64,000 nt of DNA from an uncultured delta proteobacterium (lineage in GTDB: Bacteria; Desulfobacterota; Binatia; UBA9968). Below the pieces are notes generated by a model. It was not told where the DNA came from. It did not search any database and was given only the letters and a program-made list of their open reading frames with translations. Position numbers and translations under genes: made by a program. The stretch covers positions 128,001 through 192,000 of the forward strand of contig CAWDPO010000024.1 in the NCBI GenBank assembly GCA_963804165.1, written 5' to 3'. This document shows, piece by piece, positions 63,767 through 64,000 of this stretch. The first letter of the stretch is position 1; every line of letters starts with the position of its first letter.

Positions 63767-64000
63767 ATGACCGACACACGAAACCCAACCAATGGGAAAA
63801 GCCAACGGGTTCGAAGGCAGGATATCCTCGTCCAATTGGGAACGTTTCTCAACGATCGTGACATACTGGTCGCGGCGCTCGCCGGCACGACCAATGAGTG
63901 TTTTCATACTTTGCACCGTCCAGGAAACCTCTATCTAGTCGGCATGGGCATGGTGACGCCGGTGGCCTTTGGGCTCGCGAAAGCTCTTCCCAACCGACGA
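63767..64000 (+). CDS. ThDP-dependent enzyme (sulfopyruvate/phosphonopyruvate decarboxylase beta-like), partial
   Basis: MTDTRN...RPGNLYLVGMGMVTPVAFGLAKALPNRR runs off the window edge; matches the segment preceding the GDG motif of TPP_enzyme_C. Confidence 0.7.
   Translation, partial: MTDTRNPTNGKSQRVRRQDILVQLGTFLNDRDILVAALAGTTNECFHTLHRPGNLYLVGMGMVTPVAFGLAKALPNRR

Overview
Bacterial, GC-rich window. The gene style suggests a Candidatus Binatia or deltaproteobacterium-like soil organism (inference only). Many genes left of ~53.4 kb are split by single-base indels that look like long-read errors. The window has four blocks. (1) 1-42.2 kb is a minus-strand surface-polysaccharide supercluster: wza, wzc, a WecA-like initiating transferase fusion, a UDP-HexNAc dehydrogenase, two wzm/wzt pairs, a Wzy/WaaL-like protein, about 13 glycosyltransferases, methyltransferases, a DUF115/Maf protein, a 2OG-Fe(II) oxygenase, a cyclase-CMP-transferase-dehydrogenase-SDR block and two tandem paralogous exported proteins. 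Two sigma54 promoter motifs lie upstream, and small relics of replaced genes are scattered through it. (2) 44-48.7 kb is a mosaic: a truncated ligase, BrnT/BrnA inside inverted heptamer arrays, an XRE gene, a captured pstC/pstA fragment, and an integron-type cassette with a sulfotransferase-like gene bounded by a canonical attC and an atypical AAT/ATT attC-like site. No integrase is in the window. (3) 48.7-54.1 kb is a Pho-box-preceded pstSCAB-phnA-like operon, with a divergent sigma54-driven 44-aa membrane peptide that the ORF track misses. (4) 54.5-64 kb holds five solute-binding proteins without permeases, interleaved with NicX/M29-like, heme-oxygenase-like diiron, FAD and ThDP enzymes. Three copies of a ~205-bp CTAG-ended MITE and nested REP-like palindromes are also present. 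All calls come from reading the sequence; no searches were run.
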